DNA of 64,000 nt from Cupriavidus sp. (GCA_031181345.1 JAPSLC010000009.1:59532-123531); one strand, 5' to 3'. Counted from the first letter of the stretch, positions 19,656-28,694 are shown. Translations and numbers: made by a program. Notes: generated by a model not told the origin, from the sequence alone.

Positions 19656-19715
19656 AACACCATTGGAGAGATGGGAGCGAGGCGGTCCGGGAACGCCTCT
19701 GACCCCGCCCGTCCC

Positions 19716-20768
19716 TTACTCTTCCGCCAGCGCCGGCGTGCCGTTCATCGGCACCACGCCGAGCGCGGCGCGGACCTTGTTCTCGATCTCCTTGGCGATA
19801 TCGGGATTCTCGCGCAGGAATTCGCGTGCATTGTCCTTGCCCTGGCCGATCTTCTCGCCGTTGTAGCTGTACCAGGCGCCGGACTTCTCGACGATCTTGG
19901 CGTCCACGCCGAGGTCGATGACCTCGCCCTGGCGCGAGATGCCCTGGCCGTACAGGATGTCGAAGAAGGCCTCGCGGAACGGCGGCGATACCTTGTTCTT
20001 GACGACCTTGACCTTGGTCTCGTTGCCGATCACGTCGTCGCCCTTCTTGATCGAGCCGATGCGGCGGATATCGAGGCGGACCGAGGCGTAGAACTTCAGC
20101 GCGTTGCCGCCCGTGGTGGTTTCCGGCGAGCCGAACATCACGCCGATCTTCATGCGGATCTGGTTGATGAAGATCACCAGGCAGTTGGTGCGCTTGATGG
20201 TGCCGGTCAGCTTGCGCAGCGCCTGGCTCATCAGACGGGCCTGCAGGCCCGGCAGCGCATCGCCCATCTCGCCTTCGATTTCGGCCCGGGGCACCAGCGC
20301 CGCCACCGAGTCGATCACGATCAGGTCGACCGAGCCCGAACGCACCAGCGCGTCGGTGATTTCCAGCGCCTGTTCGCCGGTATCCGGCTGCGAAATCAGC
20401 AGATCGCCGACGCTGACGCCCAGCTTGCTGGCGTAATTGACGTCCAGCGCGTGCTCCGCGTCGATGAACGCGCAGGTGCCGCCCAGCTTCTGCATCTCGG
20501 CGACCACCTGCAGCGTCAGCGTGGTCTTGCCCGACGATTCGGGGCCGTAGATCTCGACGACCCGGCCGCGCGGCAGGCCGCCGACGCCCAGCGCGATGTC
20601 CAGGCCCAGCGAGCCGGTCGACACCACCTGGATATCCTGCTCGACCTCGCCGTCGCCCATCCGCATGATCGAGCCCTTGCCGAACTGCTTCTCGATCTGG
20701 GCCAGCGCGGCGGCCAGCGCCTTCTGCTTCTCGGCGCTCACGCCAGCTGCCTTCTTGCCGTCATCCAT
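19716..20768 (-). CDS. recA: recombinase RecA
   Basis: [59 protein letters not shown]. Confidence 0.99.
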   Translation of the reverse strand: MDDGKKAAGVSAEKQKALAAALAQIEKQFGKGSIMRMGDGEVEQDIQVVSTGSLGLDIALGVGGLPRGRVVEIYGPESSGKTTLTLQVVAEMQKLGGTCAFIDAEHALDVNYASKLGVSVGDLLISQPDTGEQALEITDALVRSGSVDLIVIDSVAALVPRAEIEGEMGDALPGLQARLMSQALRKLTGTIKRTNCLVIFINQIRMKIGVMFGSPETTTGGNALKFYASVRLDIRRIGSIKKGDDVIGNETKVKVVKNKVSPPFREAFFDILYGQGISRQGEVIDLGVDAKIVEKSGAWYSYNGEKIGQGKDNAREFLRENPDIAKEIENKVRAALGVVPMNGTPALAEE

Positions 20769-21098
20769 GGTCGTCCTTCCGTCAATGGTGTATAAATAGG
20801 CCGCATGCGGCGCGCCGCCTGCTATCTGATGCCGATATTGTGCGGCAACGGTTTACGCAGACCCACGCGCCCGACCCGCGCCACCCCGGCGGTCTGCATC
20901 GTCGGAGCGCGCTGCGGCAACGCATTCTAGAGGCGGAGCATGGCAGCCGTGAATCAGCATCGGCTCAAAAATGCGGCCGGGTTGGCAGCCAACTCGACCG
21001 CCGAGTCGGACCACGGCACCGCCCGGCTGACCGGCGCGCTCTCTGACGCGTGGCCTCGGTTGCGATCCAGCCCCATGCGCCCGCCTGGAATCAGCGGG

Positions 21099-21118
21099 TA
21101 CTGTATAAAAAAACAGTA
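21099..21118. promoter_or_regulatory. LexA (SOS) box
   Basis: TACTGTATAAAAAAACAGTA = CTGT-N8-ACAG with extended TA flanks, matching the beta/gamma-proteobacterial LexA consensus. Confidence 0.92.
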
Positions 21119-21128
21119 TGCTTGGCAA
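21100..21128 (-). promoter_or_regulatory. sigma70 promoter facing recA, overlapped by the LexA box
   Basis: Minus strand TTGCCA (21128-21123), 17 nt spacer, TACAGT (21105-21100). Confidence 0.72.
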
Positions 21129-21220
21129 GCCCCAATTCATCCCATAGTGCGCATGCCGATCGGGAGAACAGGGGGACCGACGCGGGTCCGCGCCCGCCTG
21201 CCAAGCCAGGGGAGACCACC

Positions 21221-21913
21221 ATGCGCATTCTGATTGCCGAAGACGACGACGTGCTGGCCGACGGCCTGACCCGTTCCCTGCGCCATTCCGGCTATGCGGT
21301 CGATCATGTGGCCAACGGCATGGAAGCCGATTCGGCGCTGTCCACGCAGGCCTACGACCTGGTCATTCTCGATCTCGGCCTGCCCCGCATGCCGGGGCTC
21401 GAAGTCCTGAAACGGCTGCGCGCCCGCGGCGCGATGGTGCCGGTGCTGATCCTGACCGCCGCCGACAGCGTCGACGAGCGCGTCAAGGGCCTGGACCTGG
21501 GGGCCGACGACTATATGGCCAAACCGTTTGCGCTGTCGGAACTGGAGGCGCGCGTGCGCGCGCTGGTGCGGCGCGGCACCGGCGGCGGCGCCACGCTGAT
21601 GCGGCACGGACCGCTCGCATTCGACCAGGTCGGCCGCATCGCCTATCTGAACGACCAGATGCTGGAGCTGTCCGCGCGCGAGGTCGGCCTGCTCGAGATC
21701 CTGCTGACGCGCTCCGGCCGGCTGGTGTCCAAGGAGCAGCTGGTCGACCATCTGTGCGAGTGGGGCGAGGAAGTCAGCAACAACGCAATCGAGGTCTACG
21801 TGCACCGGCTGCGCAAGAAGATCGAAGTCGGCGGCATCCGCATCGCCACCGTGCGCGGACTCGGCTATTGCCTGGAGAAGTTCCAGCCGGCCGCGGCCGC
21901 GGCGCATTCCTGA
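21221..21913 (+). CDS. OmpR-family response regulator (TctD/QseB-like)
   Basis: MRILIAEDD, LDLGLP, GADDYMAKPF, winged-helix C-terminus (NAIEVYVHRLRKK, TVRGLGY); GGAG SD. Confidence 0.93.
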   Translation: MRILIAEDDDVLADGLTRSLRHSGYAVDHVANGMEADSALSTQAYDLVILDLGLPRMPGLEVLKRLRARGAMVPVLILTAADSVDERVKGLDLGADDYMAKPFALSELEARVRALVRRGTGGGATLMRHGPLAFDQVGRIAYLNDQMLELSAREVGLLEILLTRSGRLVSKEQLVDHLCEWGEEVSNNAIEVYVHRLRKKIEVGGIRIATVRGLGYCLEKFQPAAAAAHS

Positions 21914-21988
21914 TTCGGCCGACGGCAGCGACGCCGCGGTACCCTTTCCACCTGCCCGGCCCCGGCCGCCCCGCTCCCCGCCTTTCGC

Positions 21989-23560
21989 ATGTATCCGCTG
22001 CGCCTGCCCTGGAAACGCCCGTCGCCGGCAATCGGCGACACGCGCCGCCGCGCCGCCGCGGCGGCCAGCGCAGAGGACGAGGTCAGCGACGAGATGCTGG
22101 CCGACGCCCTGCCCCATCTGGAGGACGACGCCGCGCACGCGTCGCCGCGCTCGCTGTTCGGCGAGATCCTCGACTGGATGCTGGCGCCGCTGCTGCTGCT
22201 GTGGCCGCTGAGCATCGCGGTGACCTACCTGGTCGCCAAGTCGATCGCCAACGGCCCCTACGATCGCGCGCTCGAATCGAGCGCGATCGTGCTGTCGCAG
22301 CAAGTGCGCGAGGTCAACGGCGGCGTGACGCTGCAGCTGCCGCTGTCGGCGCGCGAGATCCTGCGCGCCGACGAGACCGACGCGGTCTACTACCAGGTGG
22401 TCGGCACGCGCGGCGAGCTGGTCGCGGGCGATCGCGACCTGCCGCTGCCGGTCGAGGAGGATCGCCGGCATGCCGGCCTGGTGTCGCTGCGCGACGACCA
22501 GGTGGCCGGCAACGACGTGCGGGTCGCGTATACCTATGTCGAGATGCCGGCCGTGCCGGGCGGCCACCCCGTGCTGGTTCAGGTCGCCGAGACGCTCGAC
22601 AAGCGCGCGCGCCTGGCCAACGAGATCATCAAGGGCGTGATCCTGCCGCAGTTCGTGATCCTGCCGCTGGCGGTGCTGCTGGTGTGGTTCGGGCTGTCGC
22701 GCGGGCTGGCGCCGCTGACCGCGATCCAGCAGCGCATTCGCGCGCGCAATCCGGGCGACACCAGCCCGATCGACGAACAGGCCGCGCCGCAGGAAATCAC
22801 GCCGCTGGTGGCCTCGTTCAACGAACTGCTCGAGCGGCTCGACCAATCGGTGCAGACGCAGAAGCGCTTCATCGCCGATGCCGCGCACCAGATGAAGACG
22901 CCGCTGGCCGGGCTGCGCATGCAGGCCGAACTCGCCCAGCGCGAGCAATCCCCCGAAGAACTGCGCAAGTCGCTGGCGCAGATCGCCGGCAGCTCGCAAC
23001 GCACCGCGCATCTGGTCACGCAGCTGCTGTCGCTGGCGCGCATGGAGAACTTCGCCGGCACCGGCAATATGGCGCCGCTCGATCTGACCGCGCTCGCGCG
23101 CGAGGTGGTCAAGGACTGGCTGCCGCAGGCCTGGGCCAAGCGCATCGATCTGGGCCTCGATGCGTCGGACCACCCGGTGATGGTGCAGGGCAATCGCCTG
23201 ATGCTGACCGAGATGCTGAACAATCTGCTCGACAACGCGATCCGCTATACGCCTTCGGGCGGCCACGCCACTGTGCGGGTCAGCGCCGATCCGTTCGAGC
23301 CGTTCGCCTATCTGGACGTGGAGGACACCGGGCCGGGCATTGCCCCGGCCGAGCGGCCGCGCGTGATGGAGCGCTTCTATCGCGTGCTGGGCACCAGCAC
23401 CGAGGGCAGCGGGCTGGGCCTGGCGATCGTGCGCGAGATCGTGCAGCAGCATGGCGGCGACGTGGCCATCGAGGACCACGTCTACCAGCAGCAGCCGCGC
23501 CTGGCCGGTGCGCGGCTGCGCGTCACGCTGCGCCGTCCGGCCTCCGCGGAGGCCGCATGA
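21989..23560 (+). CDS. sensor histidine kinase (TctE-like, 2CSK_N periplasmic domain)
   Basis: Two TM helices, H-box FIADAAHQMKTPL, N-box NLLDNAIRY, DTGPG and GSGLGL G-boxes. Confidence 0.93.
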   Translation: MYPLRLPWKRPSPAIGDTRRRAAAAASAEDEVSDEMLADALPHLEDDAAHASPRSLFGEILDWMLAPLLLLWPLSIAVTYLVAKSIANGPYDRALESSAIVLSQQVREVNGGVTLQLPLSAREILRADETDAVYYQVVGTRGELVAGDRDLPLPVEEDRRHAGLVSLRDDQVAGNDVRVAYTYVEMPAVPGGHPVLVQVAETLDKRARLANEIIKGVILPQFVILPLAVLLVWFGLSRGLAPLTAIQQRIRARNPGDTSPIDEQAAPQEITPLVASFNELLERLDQSVQTQKRFIADAAHQMKTPLAGLRMQAELAQREQSPEELRKSLAQIAGSSQRTAHLVTQLLSLARMENFAGTGNMAPLDLTALAREVVKDWLPQAWAKRIDLGLDASDHPVMVQGNRLMLTEMLNNLLDNAIRYTPSGGHATVRVSADPFEPFAYLDVEDTGPGIAPAERPRVMERFYRVLGTSTEGSGLGLAIVREIVQQHGGDVAIEDHVYQQQPRLAGARLRVTLRRPASAEAA

Positions 23561-23889
23561 ACGCGCCCGATCCGGTACGCCTGGCCCGCCGGCAGCGCGC
23601 CGCGGCCGCCTGGCGCACCAATCTTCGCTGGACCGCGGTGCTGCTCGCGCTGTGGTTTGCCGGCACCTTCGGCGTCAGCTGGTTCGCGCGCGAGCTGCGC
23701 TTCGATTTCTTCGGCTGGCCCTTCTCGTTCTGGGCCGGCGCGCAAGGGCTGCTGATCCTGTACGTGCTGATGGCCGCCGCCTACGCCTGGCGCATGAACC
23801 GCGCCGATCGCGAGATCGGCGAGCCGGCGGACGAGCCGGGGAACGATGCCGGCCACGCCAGCGACGGCGATGCTGCGCGGCACCGCTGA
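23557..23889 (+). CDS. DUF4212-like small membrane protein (putative solute:sodium symporter small subunit)
   Basis: ATG overlaps the kinase stop (ATGA); WRTNLR...GWPFSFWAGAQG...YAWRMNRAD pattern; 110 aa. Confidence 0.78.
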   Translation: MNAPDPVRLARRQRAAAAWRTNLRWTAVLLALWFAGTFGVSWFARELRFDFFGWPFSFWAGAQGLLILYVLMAAAYAWRMNRADREIGEPADEPGNDAGHASDGDAARHR

Positions 23890-24061
23890 ACGCTACGGCG
23901 CGGCCCGCCCCCTGCAGCACCGCTTGCAGCACTGCTGGCAGCGTGACCAGGGGCGGCGGCATCCCGCATCGCAGCATCGGTCTCCCCCACGAAAGGCGGG
24001 CGCCAGCGCCGCGCGACGCTAGCGTATACCCCGAGCAATATCGCCCCCTGCGCGCCCTCCC

Positions 24062-24095
24062 CTGTCAGAACGCCGTAAGTTTCGCCTCCCAGAAT
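24062..24095 (+). promoter_or_regulatory. candidate OmpR/PhoB-family direct-repeat box plus -10 for the MFS gene
   Basis: CTGTCAG-N4-CCGTAAG (11-bp period, 24062-24079), then 10 nt, then CAGAAT (24090-24095). Confidence 0.4.
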
Positions 24096-24186
24096 CCACA
24101 CACATTCGACGGCCCCCGCCGGATCGCGGCGTTGCCGCATGCCTGGCGGCCGTGCGAAGGACCCCTGAACAGTAGGAGGAGACAAG

Positions 24187-25887
24187 ATGGCTAATGCCCC
24201 AAATGTCGCGGTGCCGGGAGGCAGCGCGCAGAACACCCCGATGACGACCGAGGAGAGGAAGGTCATCATCGCCTCGTCGCTCGGGACGGTATTCGAGTGG
24301 TACGACTTTTATCTGTACGGTTCGCTGGCGGCGATCATCGCCAGGCAGTTCTTCGCCGGCCTGGATCCGACCTCGGCCTTCATCTTCGCGCTGCTCGCCT
24401 TCGCCGCCGGCTTCATCGTGCGGCCGTTCGGGGCGCTGGTGTTCGGCCGGCTCGGCGACATGATCGGACGTAAATACACGTTCCTCGTGACCATCCTGAT
24501 CATGGGCGTGTCGACCTTCATCGTCGGCCTGCTGCCCAGCTACGCCACCATCGGCTGGGCCGCGCCGATCATCCTGATCGCGTTGCGGATGCTGCAAGGC
24601 CTGGCGCTCGGCGGCGAGTACGGCGGCGCGGCCACCTATGTGGCCGAACACGCGCCGCACGGCAAGCGCGGGTCGTACACCTCGTGGATCCAGACCACCG
24701 CCACGATGGGCCTGTTCATGTCGCTGATCGTGATCCTGGTGTGCCGTCAGCTGACCGGTCCGGACTTCGAGGTCTGGGGCTGGCGCATTCCGTTCCTGCT
24801 GTCGATCGTGCTGCTCGGCATCTCGGTCTACATCCGGCTGTCGATGGCCGAATCGCCGGCATTCCAGCGCATGAAGTCCGAGGGCAAGACCTCGAAGGCA
24901 CCGCTGACCGAATCGTTCGGCCAATGGCGCAACCTGAAGATCGTGATCCTGGCGCTGGTCGGCCTGACCGCCGGCCAGGCGGTGGTCTGGTACACCGGCC
25001 AGTTCTATGCGCTGTTCTTCCTGACTCAGGTGCTGAAGGTCGACGCCAAGACCGCCAACCTGCTGATCGCCGGCGCGCTGGTGATCGGCACGCCGTTCTT
25101 CGTGTTCTTCGGCGTGCTGTCGGACAAGATCGGCCGCAAGTGGATCATCATGGCTGGCTGCGCGCTGGCGATGCTGACCTACTTCCCGCTGTTCAAGGCG
25201 CTGACGCACTACGCCAACCCGGCGCTGGAGCGCGCCCAGCAGTCGGCCCAGATCATCGTCACCGCCGATCCGAAGCAGTGCTCGTTCCAGGGCAGCCCGA
25301 TCGCCCGCGAGATCGACTTCCGCAGCTCCTGCGACATCGCCAAGCGCACGCTGGCGCAGTCGTCGGCCAGCTACGAAGTCGTCGAGGCGCCGGCCGGCAC
25401 CACCGCCACCGTCAAGATCGGCGATCGCGAGATCCAGTCCCTCAACGCGGCGCTGGTGCCGCAGGGCCATAGCTTCGAACCGGAGAGCAAGGCCAGGATC
25501 GACGCCTTCAAGAAGGAGGTCGCCGGGGCGATGTCCGCGGCCGGTTATCCGACCAAGGCCGATCCCGCCGAGATGAACACGGTGATGGTGCTGGTGATCC
25601 TGGTGATCCTGGTGATCTACGTGACCATGGTCTACGGTCCGATCGCCGCGATGCTGGTCGAGATGTTCCCGACCCGCATCCGGTACACCTCGATGTCCCT
25701 GCCGTACCACATCGGCAACGGCTGGTTCGGCGGCATGCTGCCCACCATCTCGTTCGCCCTGGTCGCGCAGAACGGCAACATCTACTACGGCCTGTGGTAC
25801 CCGATCGTGATCGCCGGCATCACGCTGGTGATCGGCTCGCTGTTCATCCGCGAGACCAAGGACGTGGATATCTACGCGAACGACTGA
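24187..25887 (+). CDS. MFS transporter, metabolite:H+ symporter (MHS) family
   Basis: SSLGTVFEWYDFYLYG, RPFGALVFGRLGDMIGRK, QGLALGGEYGGAA, EMFPTRIRYT; AGGAG SD. Confidence 0.93.
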   Translation: MANAPNVAVPGGSAQNTPMTTEERKVIIASSLGTVFEWYDFYLYGSLAAIIARQFFAGLDPTSAFIFALLAFAAGFIVRPFGALVFGRLGDMIGRKYTFLVTILIMGVSTFIVGLLPSYATIGWAAPIILIALRMLQGLALGGEYGGAATYVAEHAPHGKRGSYTSWIQTTATMGLFMSLIVILVCRQLTGPDFEVWGWRIPFLLSIVLLGISVYIRLSMAESPAFQRMKSEGKTSKAPLTESFGQWRNLKIVILALVGLTAGQAVVWYTGQFYALFFLTQVLKVDAKTANLLIAGALVIGTPFFVFFGVLSDKIGRKWIIMAGCALAMLTYFPLFKALTHYANPALERAQQSAQIIVTADPKQCSFQGSPIAREIDFRSSCDIAKRTLAQSSASYEVVEAPAGTTATVKIGDREIQSLNAALVPQGHSFEPESKARIDAFKKEVAGAMSAAGYPTKADPAEMNTVMVLVILVILVIYVTMVYGPIAAMLVEMFPTRIRYTSMSLPYHIGNGWFGGMLPTISFALVAQNGNIYYGLWYPIVIAGITLVIGSLFIRETKDVDIYAND

Positions 25888-25929
25888 TATCCGACCCGCG
25901 CCACGCCGGCTCCGGTGCCGGCGGTGCAA

Positions 25930-25961
25930 CCGGCGGTCCGCGAGGGCTGCCGGATTTTTTT
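25930..25961 (+). terminator. intrinsic terminator after the MFS gene
   Basis: CCGGCGGTCC-GCGA-GGGCTGCCGG stem-loop followed by ATTTTTTT. Confidence 0.7.
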
Positions 25962-26022
25962 ACGCTTCGCTGCCTGGCCTGAACGGCCGGGCGAGCCGGA
26001 TGCAAGGGGCCGCACAAAAGTG

Positions 26023-26050
26023 TTGACAGCGATCCAACGGCCCGTATAAT
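26023..26050 (+). promoter_or_regulatory. consensus sigma70 promoter for tRNA-Met
   Basis: TTGACA (26023-26028), N16, TATAAT (26045-26050), then a GC-rich discriminator. Confidence 0.9.
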
Positions 26051-26063
26051 GGCGGTCTTCGTC

Positions 26064-26140
<77 letters not shown>

Positions 26141-26148
26141 GCATTTCG

Positions 26149-26181
26149 AAGGGGTCAGCGCAAGCTGACCCCTTTTTGTTT
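26149..26181 (+). terminator. intrinsic terminator after tRNA (likely bidirectional, also serving the WYL gene)
   Basis: AAGGGGTCAGC-GCAA-GCTGACCCCTT followed by TTTGTTT. Confidence 0.88.
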
Positions 26182-26233
26182 TGGCGCCGCTCCCCGCGGC
26201 GCTGGTCGGGCCCCCCACCCGACCCCTCCGCCA

Positions 26234-27268
26234 TCAATTCCTGCAGTAGGCCCGCGCCATCGTCTTGACCTCGCTCGCCATCGCACGACGCAGCGCGACC
26301 GGCTCAAGCACCTCGACCTGCGGACCGAGGGAGCGCAGCCAGCGCACCAGCCAATCGGCCATTTCCACCGTGCAGCGAACCACCAGCGAACCGTCCGGGC
26401 CGATCTCCTCGGTCTGATCGGGCGAGATCGGCGCATCGCGCACGATGTCGCCGCAGCCCCTGGCGAAGCGGACCGCCAGCTTGATATTGCCGTCGGCGTG
26501 CAGCCCGAATTCGGCCGCCTCTTCCACATAGTCGGCCAGCGAGAAATGGTCGGGATAGATAAAGCGCTCCTTCAGCGCGTGCGCCGCGTGGACACGATCG
26601 AGCCGCAGGCATTGCGGCGCGGGGTCCTCGTCTTCCAGCCCCACCAGGTAGACCAGGCCGGCCTTCTCGACCACGCCGAGCGGCATCAGCACGCGCTTGC
26701 GCTCCGGCTCGAAGCGCGGTCGATACACGACCTCCAGGCAGCGCTCCTCGAATACCGCGGTGAGGACCTGTAGCAGGACGGTCTCGCGCAGACGCGGCGG
26801 CACCAGCGGCGAACTTCGCTCGATGATCGAGAGCTTGCGATGCCAGGCGATCCGCCCCGCACCGCCCTCCCGGCCGCGCCGCCGCAGCTGCGACTCCGCG
26901 GCGTCGAACAACGGCCGCAGCAGGGTCGCCATCACCGAAGTGATCTGGCGGCCGGCGAACCGCTTCAGCACCTGCAGGGCGAGCGCCTCTTCGTCGCTGA
27001 GCCATGTCTCGGCGTTGGCCAGGACCCGGCCGGCACATTCGGCGCGGCGCCACATCAGGCCGCGCCCTTCCGCGCGGCACTCGGCCGAGCCGTCGGCGAC
27101 CAGCAGCACCAGCCGCTGTTGCAGCACCTCGGCGGGTGGCTCGGCCACCCCCAGGGCGGCCAGGCCGCGCGCCACGTCCCCGGTGCTCATCCAGCGCCGG
27201 GGGCCGCCGTCGTCAAGCAGGACGGAAAGAATGGAAACGTCGAGTTGAGAATCGAACTGGTGGGCCAT
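26234..27268 (-). CDS. WYL-domain transcriptional regulator (wHTH-WYL-WCX; YafY/BrxR-like)
   Basis: N-terminal wHTH-like segment (WMSTGDVARGL...ECRAEGRGLMWRR), PLGVV...VYLVG...LRLDRV WYL core, C-terminal WLRSLGPQVEVLEPVALRRAM; start ATG 27268 inferred. Confidence 0.87.
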   Translation of the reverse strand: MAHQFDSQLDVSILSVLLDDGGPRRWMSTGDVARGLAALGVAEPPAEVLQQRLVLLVADGSAECRAEGRGLMWRRAECAGRVLANAETWLSDEEALALQVLKRFAGRQITSVMATLLRPLFDAAESQLRRRGREGGAGRIAWHRKLSIIERSSPLVPPRLRETVLLQVLTAVFEERCLEVVYRPRFEPERKRVLMPLGVVEKAGLVYLVGLEDEDPAPQCLRLDRVHAAHALKERFIYPDHFSLADYVEEAAEFGLHADGNIKLAVRFARGCGDIVRDAPISPDQTEEIGPDGSLVVRCTVEMADWLVRWLRSLGPQVEVLEPVALRRAMASEVKTMARAYCRN

Positions 27269-27604
27269 AAAGCGCAATGAAAGGTTGGTCTGCGTGGGGA
27301 GAGCGAAGCCTATCAAGCGGGGCGTCCGGAAATGGAGGAAATGGACAAGGAACGACGGTTCCCGGCACGCACTTCGGCCCTCCGAATCGAAAGCGCGAGC
27401 AACAGCCAATGCGATGCGCGCCGGCACGCGGAGTGGGCAGCGCCCACGCCGGACTGACATCCGCATGCACATTGTTAAAAACTTTGAATAACTGATACGA
27501 GGCGCAGTCACTTCGCATCAGGGATACGAGCCTATTCTTCTCACATCGGCTGACGACATCCCCGTGCAAAACGATTCTCAAAAATTCAACAACTGGAGAA
27601 AATC

Positions 27605-27862
27605 ATGAAGATTACGACTGCCCGCCTCGTTCTCAGCGCCGCCATCGCCGGTACCGCGCTGCTGTCGTTGAACAGCGTGTTCGCCGCCCCGGTGCGCGGC
27701 TCGCATGCGGGCGACGGCTACGGCTACACGTTCCGCGCGGTGGACCGCTTCGCAGACGGCGCGCGCGCCTTCGACGTCTACGCGGAAGGCGCCCGCACGC
27801 ACGACGTCTTTAGCGAAGGCGCCCGTACCCGCGCCGACTATCCGGCGCCGATCGGCGAATGA
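27605..27862 (+). CDS. small secreted protein with three D-x-[FY]-x-[DE]-G-A-R repeats (CopQ/CzcJ-like, tentative)
   Basis: GGAGAA SD; Sec signal ending in SVFA; repeats DRFADGAR, DVYAEGAR, DVFSEGAR. Confidence 0.75.
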   Translation: MKITTARLVLSAAIAGTALLSLNSVFAAPVRGSHAGDGYGYTFRAVDRFADGARAFDVYAEGARTHDVFSEGARTRADYPAPIGE

Positions 27863-27896
27863 GCCGGACCACCGTTTCCGCGGGAAGGAGTTCGCG

Positions 27897-27998
27897 ATGA
27901 GCGTTCGAGACAATGCACTGATCGTGGCGGCGTGGTTCGGCGCCTGCCTGGCCAGTGGCTGGCTGGTCACCTTTACGGGGCTGCTGCTGTCGCAGTAA
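27897..27998 (+). CDS. putative 33-aa single-TM small protein (MSVRDNALIVAAWFGACLASGWLVTFTGLLLSQ)
   Basis: AAGGAG SD at 27885-27890, ATG 27897, hydrophobic body, TAA 27996-27998, terminator immediately after. Confidence 0.6.
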   Translation: MSVRDNALIVAAWFGACLASGWLVTFTGLLLSQ

Positions 27999-28019
27999 GT
28001 GCTGAATCAGGCATGGATG

Positions 28020-28040
28020 CCGGCGAGGCGCCGGGTTTTT
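28020..28040 (+). terminator. intrinsic terminator
   Basis: CCGGCG-AGG-CGCCGG followed by GTTTTT. Confidence 0.6.
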
Positions 28041-28052
28041 GACCTGAATCAT
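28039..28052 (+). promoter_or_regulatory. FNR/Anr-like box upstream of the USP gene
   Basis: TTGAC-CTGA-ATCAT versus consensus TTGAT-N4-ATCAA (8/10); candidate -10 CATCAT at 28075-28080 gives class II spacing. Confidence 0.55.
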
Positions 28053-28160
28053 GGCGAGATCGCCGCCTAGCTGCCATCATGAATTGAGCCAGGCAAGGCG
28101 CCGCCGAACGCCCTGGCCGTCCACAACGCCTGCAAGGCCCGTGATAGGAGAACCCTCGCC

Positions 28161-28598
28161 ATGACCCATATCGTGCTCGCCACTGACGGCTCCGCCTTCA
28201 GCGATGCCGCCGCCCGCTTTATCGTCGAAGGGAAGCTGCTGCAGGGCGAACTGACCGTGCATGTGGTGCACGTCGCCCCGGAGGTCACCGGTCAGGTGCG
28301 CGCCTTCGTCAGCAAGGACGCGATCGATGACTGGCATCGTGAAGAAAGCGACAAGGCGATGCGCTCGGTCTGCGACATCCTGGGCGCCGCGCAACTGCGC
28401 GTCGAAAAGCATGCGCTGAGCGGGTTTCCGTCGGACCGGATTGTGGCGCTGGCCAAATCGGTCAACGCCGATGCCATCGTGATCGGCACCCATGGCCGCG
28501 GATCGTTCTTCGATGCCGTGCTCGGCTCGGTGGCCGGCCGCGTCGTGGCGCACGCATCGTGCCCGGTGATCCTGGTGAAGGCGCCGGACAGGGCCTGA
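28161..28598 (+). CDS. universal stress protein (UspA family)
   Basis: HIVLATDGS, ADAIVIGTHGRG, LGSVA..VV..ASCPVILVK; AGGAG SD. Confidence 0.93.
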   Translation: MTHIVLATDGSAFSDAAARFIVEGKLLQGELTVHVVHVAPEVTGQVRAFVSKDAIDDWHREESDKAMRSVCDILGAAQLRVEKHALSGFPSDRIVALAKSVNADAIVIGTHGRGSFFDAVLGSVAGRVVAHASCPVILVKAPDRA

Positions 28599-28694
28599 CT
28601 GCCTGGCGCGCCGCCGTTCCGAAGCAGTGGCAGTGGCAGTCGGAGTGAGACCGGGCGCTGCCGTGGCGCCCGGAACGGCCGCCAGCTCAACCGG

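Noticed and set aside
20853-21233. 95-aa (-) and 97-aa (+) ORFs in the recA-regulator spacer
   Set aside because: Both run across the LexA box/promoter, lack SD sites and recognisable motifs, and have non-coding-like composition.
27474-27492. GTTA-N11-TAAC inverted repeat as the WYL operator
   Set aside because: Only 4-bp arms; too weak to call without conservation or binding data.
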